Assembly: GCA_016927655.1 (NCBI GenBank) | Contig: JAFGMG010000012.1 | Coordinates: 42,618-106,617, forward strand | Direction: 5' to 3' | From: Candidatus Dojkabacteria bacterium | GTDB lineage: Bacteria > Patescibacteriota > Dojkabacteria > B142 > JAFGMG01 | Length of the DNA: 64,000 nucleotides | Shown: positions 38,117 through 48,080 of the stretch, piece after piece | Layout of the letters: each line of letters opens with the position of its first letter | How positions within the stretch are numbered: position 1 is the first letter of the stretch | Notes under the pieces: generated by a model | The model's database searches: none | Told to the model about the DNA's origin: nothing | What the model saw: only the letters and a program-made list of their open reading frames with translations | Translations under genes and position numbers: made by a program

Positions 38117-39346
38117 ATGAAGATTGTCTACATTTCACATATGCATTTGAGGAAGGACTTCCCTCTTGAAAATATCGGGGGGATCCAGAGAATGAGTACG
38201 CAGCTTCTTGAAAACCTCGAAGCCCAGAAAAATCTCGAAATAATACCCATGCTTTGCTACGCTGACCGGGAGCATATGCTGGTGCCGGCAGCCATGTTCT
38301 GGATTAGGATGATGTTGATCTTGCCAGGCGTGATCATCAGAAGACAGCCCGACGCGATAGTATTCACATCAATGGTCACTGCAAATCTGGCGATTCCTCT
38401 TCGACTTTTTGGGATTCGTACGCCCCTTATTACAATCAATCACGGCCATGACATTACTATGCCTGCTCCATGGTATCAATTTTTGCTTCGTCGAATTACT
38501 TTCCCGCTGCTTGACGGGACAATCTCAGTCTCAAGAGCAACCAGACAGGCAACTCTTAAACGCGGGGTAAAGAATAAAAAAGCCGTTGTAATACCAAATG
38601 GGATGGAACTTGGAGACTGGCAGAACGGAAGGACTAAAAAAGAAGCAAGAAAAATTCTACAGGAAACTTTTGCTCTGCCATTAAAGAAAGATACAAAAAT
38701 CATGCTTACTATCGGAAGACAGGTCAGACGCAAAGGACATAAATGGTTTATTGAAGAAGTACTCCCGCAAGTGAAATGCAACTGTATGTATCTGGTAATA
38801 GGAGACGGTCCCGAACATGAGAGAATTGTAAGGACAATGGAAAAATCTACTGAAAAGAATCGAATATTGATACTCGGTAGACAGCCAGATAGTGTTGTAA
38901 AACTCGCATACCGGGCAGCTGATGTATTTATCATGCCAAATATCAAAGTTCATAATGACATGGAGGGTTTCGGCCTTGTAATGATTGAAGCCAATTCTTC
39001 TGAAACCCCCGTCATAGCGAGCGATTTAGAAGGTATCAAAGATGTCATTGCGAATGGAGAAAATGGATACAGAGTCAAATACAAAAGTGCAAAAGCATTC
39101 GCAAAAAGAATAGACGATGTACTTTCAGCAGAACACAAGAAGCTTGGAGAAAATTCCCGCAAATACGTAGAGGCTAATTTCACATGGGCTCCAATTGCTA
39201 AAAAATACATTAAAGAAATTGACAAATTTAGTGAAATTAAGAAAAAAGAGCTTTTTGAGCAAAGGAAGTCAATGGTCAAAAGATTCAGTTTCGGTAAAAT
39301 TGACTATGAAAAAGTTGCTAACTGGATGGCGAGACTGGCAAACTGA
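38117..39346 (+). CDS. Glycosyltransferase family 4 (GT-B)
   Basis: EGFGLVMIEANSSETPVIASDLEGIKDVIANGENGY (E-x7-E motif). Confidence 0.78.
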   Translation: MKIVYISHMHLRKDFPLENIGGIQRMSTQLLENLEAQKNLEIIPMLCYADREHMLVPAAMFWIRMMLILPGVIIRRQPDAIVFTSMVTANLAIPLRLFGIRTPLITINHGHDITMPAPWYQFLLRRITFPLLDGTISVSRATRQATLKRGVKNKKAVVIPNGMELGDWQNGRTKKEARKILQETFALPLKKDTKIMLTIGRQVRRKGHKWFIEEVLPQVKCNCMYLVIGDGPEHERIVRTMEKSTEKNRILILGRQPDSVVKLAYRAADVFIMPNIKVHNDMEGFGLVMIEANSSETPVIASDLEGIKDVIANGENGYRVKYKSAKAFAKRIDDVLSAEHKKLGENSRKYVEANFTWAPIAKKYIKEIDKFSEIKKKELFEQRKSMVKRFSFGKIDYEKVANWMARLAN

Positions 39347-39354
39347 CTTCAAGC

Positions 39355-41595
39355 CTAATATGTACAGCTTTCCTGACAGCCTTCAGTACAAGTCATCCCT
39401 GGAGGGCAGTAGAAATCACAATCATTAAAATCGCCGTTGTATTCATCACATTCACTTTCTTCAATTGAGAAACATTTGTTTTCAACAGCAACAAAAGAAC
39501 CCCCATAGTATCCACATATAACACCTGGGGCTGTGCTCCCTTCACCAGAAACACGAATGCTTAATTGACTTGTGCCCCCAGCACCATAGGATACAACCAG
39601 GAAAGTATTGTATGTCCGCACTGATGTGGGAATGAAACCAACTTCAACACTGCAACTTTCACCAGCAGCTATCGTCGGAGTACTACTTCCGCAAGGATTC
39701 GAAGCTCCTTCTGGATTTGTATCCAATGAGAAATTTGAGCTGTCAAGCAGGCTGATACCAGCTATTTCCATCTCCTGAGCAGTTTGATTGGTTATGGATA
39801 TTTCACGAGTGGCAGTTTGTCTTCCAGAAAGCAATGCAGAGAAATTCACAAGAGAGGAACTTGCCCTAACCTCTTCAGGTGAGGCTATACATTCGTACTT
39901 TTCATTGTAGGTTGATACGCCTGCATTGAAATCATTGCAGTCTTTATTATCTGGTATACCAGAAGGGCAAGTGACCGGCTTATTCAAGCTAAGACCCCAG
40001 TTATAATATCCGTCGCCGTCTCTATCCAGACAATCAATACTTCTCGAATTTGCATCAACAATTGGCAATATTAATCCATGCGTCCAGCCAAAGTTTGTGA
40101 TCGGAGTTTTCAAATTTACATATCCGTGATTTCCCCAGGTATTCCCCCAGCTGTTTTTGAATATCCAGACAGGTTCGTCATAAGAGTCAGTATACCAGCC
40201 GACAAGGACCATTGCGTGACTCCAGGAATAAATCCCTCCGCTAACCGGGCCCTGCTCAATTATCAGCTTTTTCAAGTTATCTTCTGTTTTATTTGTGAAA
40301 TCCACCCTTCCGCTGATTTTGATTCGCTCACTTGGGCTTGCACATTTTAAAGAACAAGAGAGATCTCTTGCTGAATATGAAAAGCAGGATTCATTTACTA
40401 CTCCATTGTTTTTAATATAATCCAACGTCAAGCTAGGCCATCCGCCGCTGCATGATCCGGCACCGCTGCAGGAAAGCATATCCTGTTCAGAAAGATCCAG
40501 ATTGACATGCTTATTGTAATAAAGATTAGCCAGAGATTCGGTTGCTCCAACCGCGGCAAACGCCCAGCAGGATCCGCAGCTCGCCTGGTTTTTGACCGCT
40601 GTTATCCATCCATTTCCGGTTTCATTTGAATCTGGATTGCCATCAAAATAAGGCGATGCAGGATTATTGGCCCCATGGACAGTTCTCCAGTCCCAGCTAG
40701 ATGCATAAATTGATGCTCCTTTTACATCACCGTTCATACTTCTTGTTGCCGATGCAAATAGGCCTAATACAGTTTCTGGCAGGTTCGTAATTATGCTTAC
40801 AAGCATAGGTCTTGTAGTAGGCGTTCGCCCACTTGATTCATCTACAACCACTTCCAGGACTCCTCCAACATAAAATTCTGCTCCTTGGAAATTCGGCAGC
40901 TCCTCGGAGTACAATTGAGATTTCTCTTCATAGCTGAGTTCGCCGAAAGCCGTTCTACCGGCCTGCCAGTCATATCCTTTTTCTTCAATCGAATCATTAA
41001 GCTCGGCAATTTTCTCATCAAGAACATCTTCTTTTTTCTGTTCGATTTGTGCCGCTTCAGCCGCAGTTGCCTCGCTCTGATTCATATTGACCTTTGTGAC
41101 TTCTAGACCAGCTCCGTTTTCTGTGTAGACTTCCAGGCTGGCTATTTTTGTTTCCCCAAGTAAACACGTTTCTTCACATTTTTCTTGGACACTGAACTCA
41201 CCCTGTCCATTTAGTAAATAATATGCTTCATAGACAAGATATTTCGTCCCATCATCTGAATAAAGAATTACTCTAGCTAAGCTGTCTTTATTTGGTAAAT
41301 TTACATCCGCATTGATTGTGAGGCCATATATTGTTGCGTCTTTTTCAATTTCGACATCCTGAGTATCACTTTCACTTGTAGGATCTTCTGTAGCAGCCGG
41401 GGTTCCTTCAGATAACTCAGCCTCAATTGATTCTTCTCCAACAGGGATGTCTTCTGGAGTTTGATCTGAATCTTTACCCGCATTGAATAGAAAATAAGCA
41501 AACAGTATTGCCAGTATCAGTAAAAGGTACAACTCCACTTCTAATCGGGGATTATTTTTGATTTCTTTTCTAAACTTTTGAAAGAAATTTGCCAT
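39355..41595 (-). CDS. Large membrane-anchored secreted protein with a papain-like C1 cysteine peptidase domain and Cys-rich C-terminal modules
   Basis: N-terminal TM. QASCGSCWAFAAVGATESL is the papain catalytic-Cys signature. Downstream His/Asn region; 746 aa; Cys-rich tail. Confidence 0.75.
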   Translation of the reverse strand: MANFFQKFRKEIKNNPRLEVELYLLLILAILFAYFLFNAGKDSDQTPEDIPVGEESIEAELSEGTPAATEDPTSESDTQDVEIEKDATIYGLTINADVNLPNKDSLARVILYSDDGTKYLVYEAYYLLNGQGEFSVQEKCEETCLLGETKIASLEVYTENGAGLEVTKVNMNQSEATAAEAAQIEQKKEDVLDEKIAELNDSIEEKGYDWQAGRTAFGELSYEEKSQLYSEELPNFQGAEFYVGGVLEVVVDESSGRTPTTRPMLVSIITNLPETVLGLFASATRSMNGDVKGASIYASSWDWRTVHGANNPASPYFDGNPDSNETGNGWITAVKNQASCGSCWAFAAVGATESLANLYYNKHVNLDLSEQDMLSCSGAGSCSGGWPSLTLDYIKNNGVVNESCFSYSARDLSCSLKCASPSERIKISGRVDFTNKTEDNLKKLIIEQGPVSGGIYSWSHAMVLVGWYTDSYDEPVWIFKNSWGNTWGNHGYVNLKTPITNFGWTHGLILPIVDANSRSIDCLDRDGDGYYNWGLSLNKPVTCPSGIPDNKDCNDFNAGVSTYNEKYECIASPEEVRASSSLVNFSALLSGRQTATREISITNQTAQEMEIAGISLLDSSNFSLDTNPEGASNPCGSSTPTIAAGESCSVEVGFIPTSVRTYNTFLVVSYGAGGTSQLSIRVSGEGSTAPGVICGYYGGSFVAVENKCFSIEESECDEYNGDFNDCDFYCPPGMTCTEGCQESCTY

Positions 41596-41660
41596 TGAGC
41601 GGAAAACTTGTTAGTTCTACTATACATATTTTTGAGGAAGGGGTAAAGGATTCGAAAAAG

Positions 41661-41732
41661 TGAGTCCGGGGGGACTCGAACCCCCAACCAATGGCTTAAA
41701 AGGCCACTGCTCTACCATTGAGCTACAGACCC
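41661..41732 (-). tRNA. tRNA-Lys (TTT)
   Basis: Reverse complement GGGTCTGTAGCTCAATGGTAGAGCAGTGGCCTTTTAAGCCATTGGTTGGGGGTTCGAGTCCCCCCGGACTCA. Anticodon loop CTTTTAA. CCA not encoded. Confidence 0.88.
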
Positions 41733-42004
41733 GACGTCGGAATTTTGCTTCAGACTGCGTTCATTTGTATACAAATGAACTTTACCTTTCGCAAATTCCT
41801 CCTTTTTCGAATTAATTCCCGAAGGTCATTAATTCGAGCAAAGTGAAGATAAATTTCTAAAGAACTTCGCAATTATACTCCAAAGCAAGTCTTCTTGTCA
41901 CGAAGCTATTTGATTATAAGAAATTATTTATCTTATTGTTATATTTTTTATCTTCTGACGTTTGATATGTATAATTAGAAAATTATCCCTCTCAAAAATA
42001 ATAG

Positions 42005-42712
42005 ATGCAGAGGAGCCTAGAAAAAACCAAGGACCTGGATCAAGACCTCATTACCTCCGAGCTTAGCTATCGCCGCCTGTTTGAAACCGCTCAAGATGGC
42101 ATACTTCTGGTCGATTTCAAAACTGGAATGATTCTTGATGCCAATCAATTCCTCATTGATATGCTCGGTTATTCCAAGGCCGATTTTCTAAAGAAGCACC
42201 TCTGGGAAATTGGAGCTTTTAAAGACATTGCCGCGTCAAAAGAAAATTTCTCCACATTAAGGGAAAAGAGATATGTACGCTTCGAAGATCTCCCCCTTGA
42301 AACAAAATCGGGCAAACACATTGATGTTGAGTTTGTAGCAAACGCCTACCAGGTCAATGACGCTACAATCATCCAATGCAATATCCGCGACATTACGGCT
42401 AGGAAAAAAATCGAAAAAACTCTTGAGGATAAAGAGGTTCTATACAGGCAGTTATTTGAAAACATGATTAGCGGAGTGGTTATCTATGAAACAAAGGATA
42501 AAGGCAAGACTTTTATAATAAAAGACTGCAATCATGCAACTGAAAAAATCGAGAAGGTAAAAAAGAATGAAATCATCGGCCGGAGTGTTGCCAAAGTATT
42601 TCCTGGGGTTAAAAATTTCGGGCTTTTCCGGGTTTTTCAAAGAGTATGGAAAACAGGAAAGGCTGAAAATTTCCCGATCTCTTTGTACAAAGACAATAGA
42701 ATTTCAGGATAG
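42005..42712 (+). CDS. PAS-domain protein; N-terminal part of a multi-PAS sensor histidine kinase, ending at an in-frame TAG
   Basis: Two PAS units. The stop at 42710-42712 is in the same frame as the downstream kinase ORF. Confidence 0.6.
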   Translation: MQRSLEKTKDLDQDLITSELSYRRLFETAQDGILLVDFKTGMILDANQFLIDMLGYSKADFLKKHLWEIGAFKDIAASKENFSTLREKRYVRFEDLPLETKSGKHIDVEFVANAYQVNDATIIQCNIRDITARKKIEKTLEDKEVLYRQLFENMISGVVIYETKDKGKTFIIKDCNHATEKIEKVKKNEIIGRSVAKVFPGVKNFGLFRVFQRVWKTGKAENFPISLYKDNRISG

Positions 42713-45415
42713 AGGAAGAATTTCGTTTATAAACTTCCCAATGGCAATCTTGTTGTAATTTACAGCGATATAACCGCCCAGAAAAAAGCAGAGAAAAAAA
42801 TAGAGCAGCTCTTAAAAACAACTACTGCAATTTATGAGACTTCCAGAATAATTTTTGAGAATTCGGATTCGGATAAATCTTTTAATAATTTGATTAAAAT
42901 CTTACCTAATTCATTTCAATTTCCAGAATTAATTTGTGTCAGAATTATTTACAACGGCAAAGAATACAAATCAGATAATTTCAAAGAAACGAAGCACAAA
43001 CTTATTCAGTATCTCAAAATCGATAGCCAAGAGCTGGGAGCTATAGAGGTATATTACCTAAAAAACAGAGGTTTCATTGATGAAGAAAAGGATATGATCA
43101 GCGAAGTTGGTTCTCAGATCGTGACTATCATCGAGCAAAAAAGAACACAGCAAAAACTAAAAGACAGCGAAGAAAAATATAGATTGTTATTTAACAACTC
43201 AAAAGATGCTTTGATGACGCTAGAGCCTCCTGATTGGAAATTTACTACCAGCAATCCCGCAATAAAAAAAATGTTTGGAATCAAAAGCGAAAAGGAATTT
43301 ACCTTCTTAAACCCATGGGAAATATCTCCAAAATACCAGCCTGATGGACAGCTCTCAAGTACAAAAGCCAAAAAGATGATTCAAAAAGCGCTTAAAGATG
43401 GCAGTAATTTTTTTGAATGGACTCATAAAAAGCTAGACGGAGAAAATTTCTATGCCACAGTATTACTAGTCAGAATATCATCCGGTAAAAAGAAGTTTCT
43501 TCAAGCCACGGTTCGAGATATTACTGAAGAAAAACACGCAAAATATTTAGCCAAAATTTCCGAACTTCGTTATCGTCGCCTATTCGAAACTGCCCAGGAC
43601 GGTATCCTAATACTGGATTATAAAACCGGAATGATTCTGGCCGCAAACAAGTTTCTCATGAATTTATTAGGTTATTCCAAAAAAGAGCTGCTGAAAAAAC
43701 ACTTCTGGGAGATAAGCTCATTTAAAGATATAGTGCCCTCGAAGAAAAAATTTGCGTCTATACGTAAGAAAAAGTCACTTCATTTTGAAGACCTCCCTCT
43801 TGAAACAAAAAGTGGGAAAAAGGTTGAAGTAGAGTTTGTCTCCACTATGTATCTTGTTGGAGAATCGAAAAGAATACATTGCAACATTCGAGATATTACT
43901 GCTAGAAGGAAGAGTGAGCGCGAAGCTCAAAAATTACTGCGCTTGAGTGAAGAAAAATTTTCCAAAGCCTTTCATACCTCACCATACGTCATGACAATTA
44001 CCGAGATGAAAACCGGCAAATTTATCGAGATTAATGAGGAGTTTACGAAATTAACAGGTTACAGCAGGGAAGAAACTCTTGCCAATTCGTCAATAGGACT
44101 TGGCGTGTGGAGCGACAAGGAAGATCGGGAGCTGATTGCAGCGAAACTTCTTGCAGGTCTGCCTGTTAATAACCAAGAATGCCAATTCAAAACTAAAAGC
44201 GGGGAGGAGAGAACCGGCTTGTACTCTGCTCAATTGATTGAACTTAACCAGGGATTATGCATTTTATCAAGTGTTACTGATATTACAGAACGCGAAAAGA
44301 CGCAGCGGTTAATTCACGATATTAAAAACAGAGACGAAGCACTGCTAGAATCAATAGGTGATGCCGTCTTTGCTACCGATGTTTCGGGGAAAATCCTGCT
44401 TTTTAACAAAATGGCTGAAAAAATGACCGGGAAATCTGCCACAGAGGTAATTGGTAAGCATTATAAAGAGGCAGTAACTTTTATCAGTGAAGATACCGGG
44501 AAACCTCACGAAGATTTTATCGTCAGTGCGGTGGATGAGGATAAAATAACGAAAATGGGCAGCCATGTAGAATTGATCCGCAAAGATGGTGTCAAAATAC
44601 CGGTAGCTGACTCGGCTGCTCCGATCAAAGACATGGAAGGTAAAATTATTGGCTGCGTCGTGGTTTTTCATGACGTGACTCAAGAACGCCTTGTGGATAG
44701 AGCCAAAACAGAATTTGTCTCACTTGCTTCACACCAGCTGCGAACCCCCTTATCTACAATCAACTGGTATGTGGAAATGCTTTTATCGCTGGATGTCGGG
44801 AATCTAACTCCGAAACAAAAACAATATAGTGAGCAGATCAGCAAAGCCAGCAGAAGAATGGTAGATCTGGTAAATGCTCTTTTAAATGTTTCCAGGCTGG
44901 AACTTGGAACATTTATGATCGAACCGAAACGAGTCAATATCAAAAAGACCGCGCAAGGATGCCTCAATGAGCTCAAGTCGAAGATTGTAAAGAAAAAGTT
45001 GAACGTTAGGCAGAGCTACAAAGGAGTTTCTTACATAAAAGCCGATCCTCAGCTCCTGACGATTATTTTCCAGAACCTTCTTTCAAATGCAATTAAATAT
45101 TCGAATAATAACGGGCGCGTCGGCCTAACAGTCAAAAAAGAAAAAAGTGGTATTTTGATAAAGATATCCGACGCTGGTATCGGAATACCCAAGCATCAGC
45201 AAAAGGGAATTTTCCAGAAACTCTTCCGAGCAGACAATGCAAAAACTCTTGACCCGGATGGCACTGGACTGGGATTGTATATTGTCAAACAAATTACTGA
45301 CTATACAGGAGGAGAGGTCTGGTTTAGATCTATTGAAAATAAGGGGACAACTTTTTATATAAGACTGCCTCTATCTGGGATGACAAAGAAGGTTGGCAGT
45401 AAATCACTAACTTAA
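42713..45415 (+). CDS. Multi-PAS sensor histidine kinase (HisKA + HATPase_c), continuous in frame with 42005..42712; the true start is unclear (track start 42890 is a TTG)
   Basis: Several PAS units, H-box SHQLRTPLSTI, and N/G boxes (NLLSNAIKYS, DAGIGIP, GTGLGLYIV). There is no stop between 42713 and 42890 in this frame. Confidence 0.7.
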   Translation, partial: RKNFVYKLPNGNLVVIYSDITAQKKAEKKIEQLLKTTTAIYETSRIIFENSDSDKSFNNLIKILPNSFQFPELICVRIIYNGKEYKSDNFKETKHKLIQYLKIDSQELGAIEVYYLKNRGFIDEEKDMISEVGSQIVTIIEQKRTQQKLKDSEEKYRLLFNNSKDALMTLEPPDWKFTTSNPAIKKMFGIKSEKEFTFLNPWEISPKYQPDGQLSSTKAKKMIQKALKDGSNFFEWTHKKLDGENFYATVLLVRISSGKKKFLQATVRDITEEKHAKYLAKISELRYRRLFETAQDGILILDYKTGMILAANKFLMNLLGYSKKELLKKHFWEISSFKDIVPSKKKFASIRKKKSLHFEDLPLETKSGKKVEVEFVSTMYLVGESKRIHCNIRDITARRKSEREAQKLLRLSEEKFSKAFHTSPYVMTITEMKTGKFIEINEEFTKLTGYSREETLANSSIGLGVWSDKEDRELIAAKLLAGLPVNNQECQFKTKSGEERTGLYSAQLIELNQGLCILSSVTDITEREKTQRLIHDIKNRDEALLESIGDAVFATDVSGKILLFNKMAEKMTGKSATEVIGKHYKEAVTFISEDTGKPHEDFIVSAVDEDKITKMGSHVELIRKDGVKIPVADSAAPIKDMEGKIIGCVVVFHDVTQERLVDRAKTEFVSLASHQLRTPLSTINWYVEMLLSLDVGNLTPKQKQYSEQISKASRRMVDLVNALLNVSRLELGTFMIEPKRVNIKKTAQGCLNELKSKIVKKKLNVRQSYKGVSYIKADPQLLTIIFQNLLSNAIKYSNNNGRVGLTVKKEKSGILIKISDAGIGIPKHQQKGIFQKLFRADNAKTLDPDGTGLGLYIVKQITDYTGGEVWFRSIENKGTTFYIRLPLSGMTKKVGSKSLT

Positions 45416-45432
45416 CTTATTAATAATTTATT

Positions 45433-45804
45433 ATGAAAAAAACAATCCTTCTTATTGATGATGAGCCGGCTTTACTGGCTGCCCTTGTTGACAAATTTTC
45501 ACGAGCTGGATTTGACATTATCAGTGCAGAAAACGGGGAATTGGGCCTGGAATCTGCTCTCGAGAATAAACCTGACCTTATCCTTTTAGATATCATTATG
45601 CCGGTTATGGATGGGATAACTATGCTTAGCAAGCTGCGGACAGACCCCTGGGGAAAGAAAGCCAAGGTAATACTGCTGACGAATTTATCCTACCCTTTGA
45701 AGCCTCCTGAGGGCCTAACTAAAGGAATAAGAGGCTATTTAGTCAAATCTGACTGGCAGATTGAAGATGTGGTGAGTAAAGTCAGCAAGGAACTAGGGGT
45801 ATAA
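45433..45804 (+). CDS. Stand-alone response regulator receiver (CheY-like)
   Basis: ILLIDDEP...DLILLDIIMPVMDG with the phospho-acceptor Asp context. 123 aa. Confidence 0.8.
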   Translation: MKKTILLIDDEPALLAALVDKFSRAGFDIISAENGELGLESALENKPDLILLDIIMPVMDGITMLSKLRTDPWGKKAKVILLTNLSYPLKPPEGLTKGIRGYLVKSDWQIEDVVSKVSKELGV

Positions 45805-45935
45805 TTAATCTTTCGGAAGAATCAATTTACTCCGAAAATAAAAATTTCGCAAATTAAAGTTTCACTGATTGAGTTTCACCATCTTCTTGATAGATTGATC
45901 ATAAGTTTCAAAAATAGCTTTTAATTTTTCATTAA

Positions 45936-46307
45936 ATGTTTGAGCCAATTCCACTAAGCCGGGAGCAAGTCTGGGGGTTACAGCTTAAACAATACCTTCA
46001 GACAAAAGATCCCGCCTCCTTTGATTTTGTTGTTGATAATGAGAGGGGAGATTATTACAGGGTAATTGGAGGACAGGCTGTACGAGAAGATTTAGTTGCG
46101 AATTTTGTTGATGAGATGCTTCTTGACCAATCTCCAGAGTCCGGGCTGGAAGGAAAGCCGGCAAACCCTCTCGAACCTGAATTTTTCACAGCAGGTAGAG
46201 AATTTCCTGATGCGAATTTAGGAGGAGCACAAAGTGCTTCGGCAGGGAGGCAATATCCTTCAGGAGCAAGTACATTTGCCGCAAATACCGCTTCAAAATA
46301 CGACTAA
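45936..46307 (+). CDS. Hypothetical protein (GC-richer than context; coding status uncertain)
   Basis: 123-aa ORF with no recognisable domain. Confidence 0.3.
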   Translation: MFEPIPLSREQVWGLQLKQYLQTKDPASFDFVVDNERGDYYRVIGGQAVREDLVANFVDEMLLDQSPESGLEGKPANPLEPEFFTAGREFPDANLGGAQSASAGRQYPSGASTFAANTASKYD

Positions 46308-46311
46308 AATA

Positions 46312-47331
46312 TCAATCCACCCCAACCGCTTTTCTTACTTTCTGTATCACTTTTGCAGCTACCTCACGCACCTCAGCATTATTTTTTATGATCAACTTGT
46401 CTATTCCCGCCTTATCTGCTGCAAATTTTTCTCTCCTCTGCCTTGCCTCTTTGAAATATTCCATAAAAAATTCAAAGAATGCTTTTTTAATTTCCACATC
46501 GCCTATAGTTCCTTTTTTGTAGCGCGACTCAAAATCTTTTAGTTTCGCATCGTCGTATTCCATCAATTTCATATAGCTGAATATTGGATTTTTTGCCGGA
46601 TCACCAGGATCATCAGGATGAATTCTTGCCGGATCAGTTACAGTTGCAAAAATCTGTTTGCGGATTTCTTCTTCAGCTGCAAATATCGGCAGATCATTAC
46701 CAAGAGACTTACTCATTTTTTTCTTCCCATCAATTCCTACAACTCTGGCAACCTCTTTCTTGACATAAAGTTTCGGAACTTTCAAAATCTCCCCATATCT
46801 TTTATTGAAACTTTGCGCGATATTGCGGGCAATCTCAACATGCTGAGTCTGATCCTCCCCAACTGGTACAAAATCCGGTTCAAATATCAAAATATCTGCT
46901 GCCATTAAAACCGGATAGTTAAAAAGTCCGTGATTTATCGAGTCTTCATTTACTCCTTTTTGGAACTTGTCTTTGTATGCATGCATTCTTTTAAGTTCAG
47001 CCATTGTCACAACGTTGTTTAGAATTATGTTCAACTCAGCAATCTCAGGCACACCACTCTCGATATAGAAATTGACATTTTTTCTTTCAGGTTCAAGCCC
47101 AAGAGAAAGATAATCAAGATAAGTATTTCTGACATTTGACCTCATCTGCTCCGGATCATGTACAGTATTGAGGGCATGATAGTCAGCAATGAAATAATTT
47201 GCATGCTTGACTTGAGCTTGGAACATAACGTGCGGTTTGACCGCACCAAGATAGTTTCCCAGATGCAGCCCCTTAGCCGAACTCGGCGTGATCCCAGTAA
47301 CTAAAGTTTGTTTTGATAAGTCTTTTTTCAT
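46312..47331 (-). CDS. trpS: Tryptophanyl-tRNA synthetase
   Basis: Class I HIGH-like LHLGNYLGAV and KMSKS motifs. 339 aa. Confidence 0.88.
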   Translation of the reverse strand: MKKDLSKQTLVTGITPSSAKGLHLGNYLGAVKPHVMFQAQVKHANYFIADYHALNTVHDPEQMRSNVRNTYLDYLSLGLEPERKNVNFYIESGVPEIAELNIILNNVVTMAELKRMHAYKDKFQKGVNEDSINHGLFNYPVLMAADILIFEPDFVPVGEDQTQHVEIARNIAQSFNKRYGEILKVPKLYVKKEVARVVGIDGKKKMSKSLGNDLPIFAAEEEIRKQIFATVTDPARIHPDDPGDPAKNPIFSYMKLMEYDDAKLKDFESRYKKGTIGDVEIKKAFFEFFMEYFKEARQRREKFAADKAGIDKLIIKNNAEVREVAAKVIQKVRKAVGVD

Positions 47332-47350
47332 AAATTATATATACTAATAA

Positions 47351-48037
47351 TTAATTATAATAATAGTCAACCAATTCCTCGGCAAGGGCGTTCATTGAGT
47401 TTATAATTCTGCCGCTCAATGCTTCATAGTTTATTGCAAGAGGGAGCTCAGTACAACCAAGGATAACATTTTCGGCGCCAGCTTCATATAGACTATTCAA
47501 GATTCTCACATAGTCTTTTTTCTCTTTGCCATTATCAGTGCCGGCTAGTACATAACGGATAATTTTGTCTACAGTTTTTCTATCTGCAATGCGAGGCTTG
47601 ATTATCTCAATGCCGAAATTGCCAAGTGTCTTGTCATAGAGATCCGCCCCAAGTGTGACGCTGGAAGCAAGCAGTCCAACTTTCTTCAATCCATTGCATT
47701 TTTCCGCAACTGCATCAATTATCGAGCTAAATTCGACTTCCGTTTCTCCCTGCAGGTCACTCAGCAATAAATGCACAGTGTTACTTGCAATAGCAAGCCT
47801 GGTCGCACCAGCTTGAGTCAAAATTCCGACTGATTTCTTGAGCATTTTTTTCGCATCACCCATCCCATCTTTGTTTGAAATGAAATCAGGGATAGGAACT
47901 GAATCGATAATCACTCTTGGATAATCGTCATTGTTTTTTGCAGCAAAGTTTTTCTGTGAGAACTCTATGATTTTTTTATACAGAATTGCCGTAGCCTGAG
48001 GTCCAACCCCACCTAGAATTCCTATTATTTTGTTCAT
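47351..48037 (-). CDS. Asp/Glu racemase family protein (aspartate racemase-like)
   Basis: IIGILGGVGPQATAILYKKII and a second Cys-containing half (GCTELPL). 19 nt upstream of trpS. Confidence 0.65.
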   Translation of the reverse strand: MNKIIGILGGVGPQATAILYKKIIEFSQKNFAAKNNDDYPRVIIDSVPIPDFISNKDGMGDAKKMLKKSVGILTQAGATRLAIASNTVHLLLSDLQGETEVEFSSIIDAVAEKCNGLKKVGLLASSVTLGADLYDKTLGNFGIEIIKPRIADRKTVDKIIRYVLAGTDNGKEKKDYVRILNSLYEAGAENVILGCTELPLAINYEALSGRIINSMNALAEELVDYYYN

Positions 48038-48052
48038 AATAATTTGTCTAAC

Positions 48053-48080
48053 AAATATAAAAAATCCCGATTTTGCGGGA
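48053..48080 (-). terminator. Intrinsic terminator/attenuator hairpin about 15 nt before the racemase start codon
   Basis: Minus strand ATCCCGCAAAATCGGGAT followed by TTTTTTATATTT. Confidence 0.5.

Noticed and set aside
45936-46307. RNase P RNA in the GC-richer stretch (contains AGUCCGGGCU)
   Set aside because: Only a 10-nt P4-like match. The CAUAGGGCAGG, GGUAAGGGUGAAA and ACCCGGCUUA elements are absent or in the wrong order. It was kept as a low-confidence hypothetical CDS instead.
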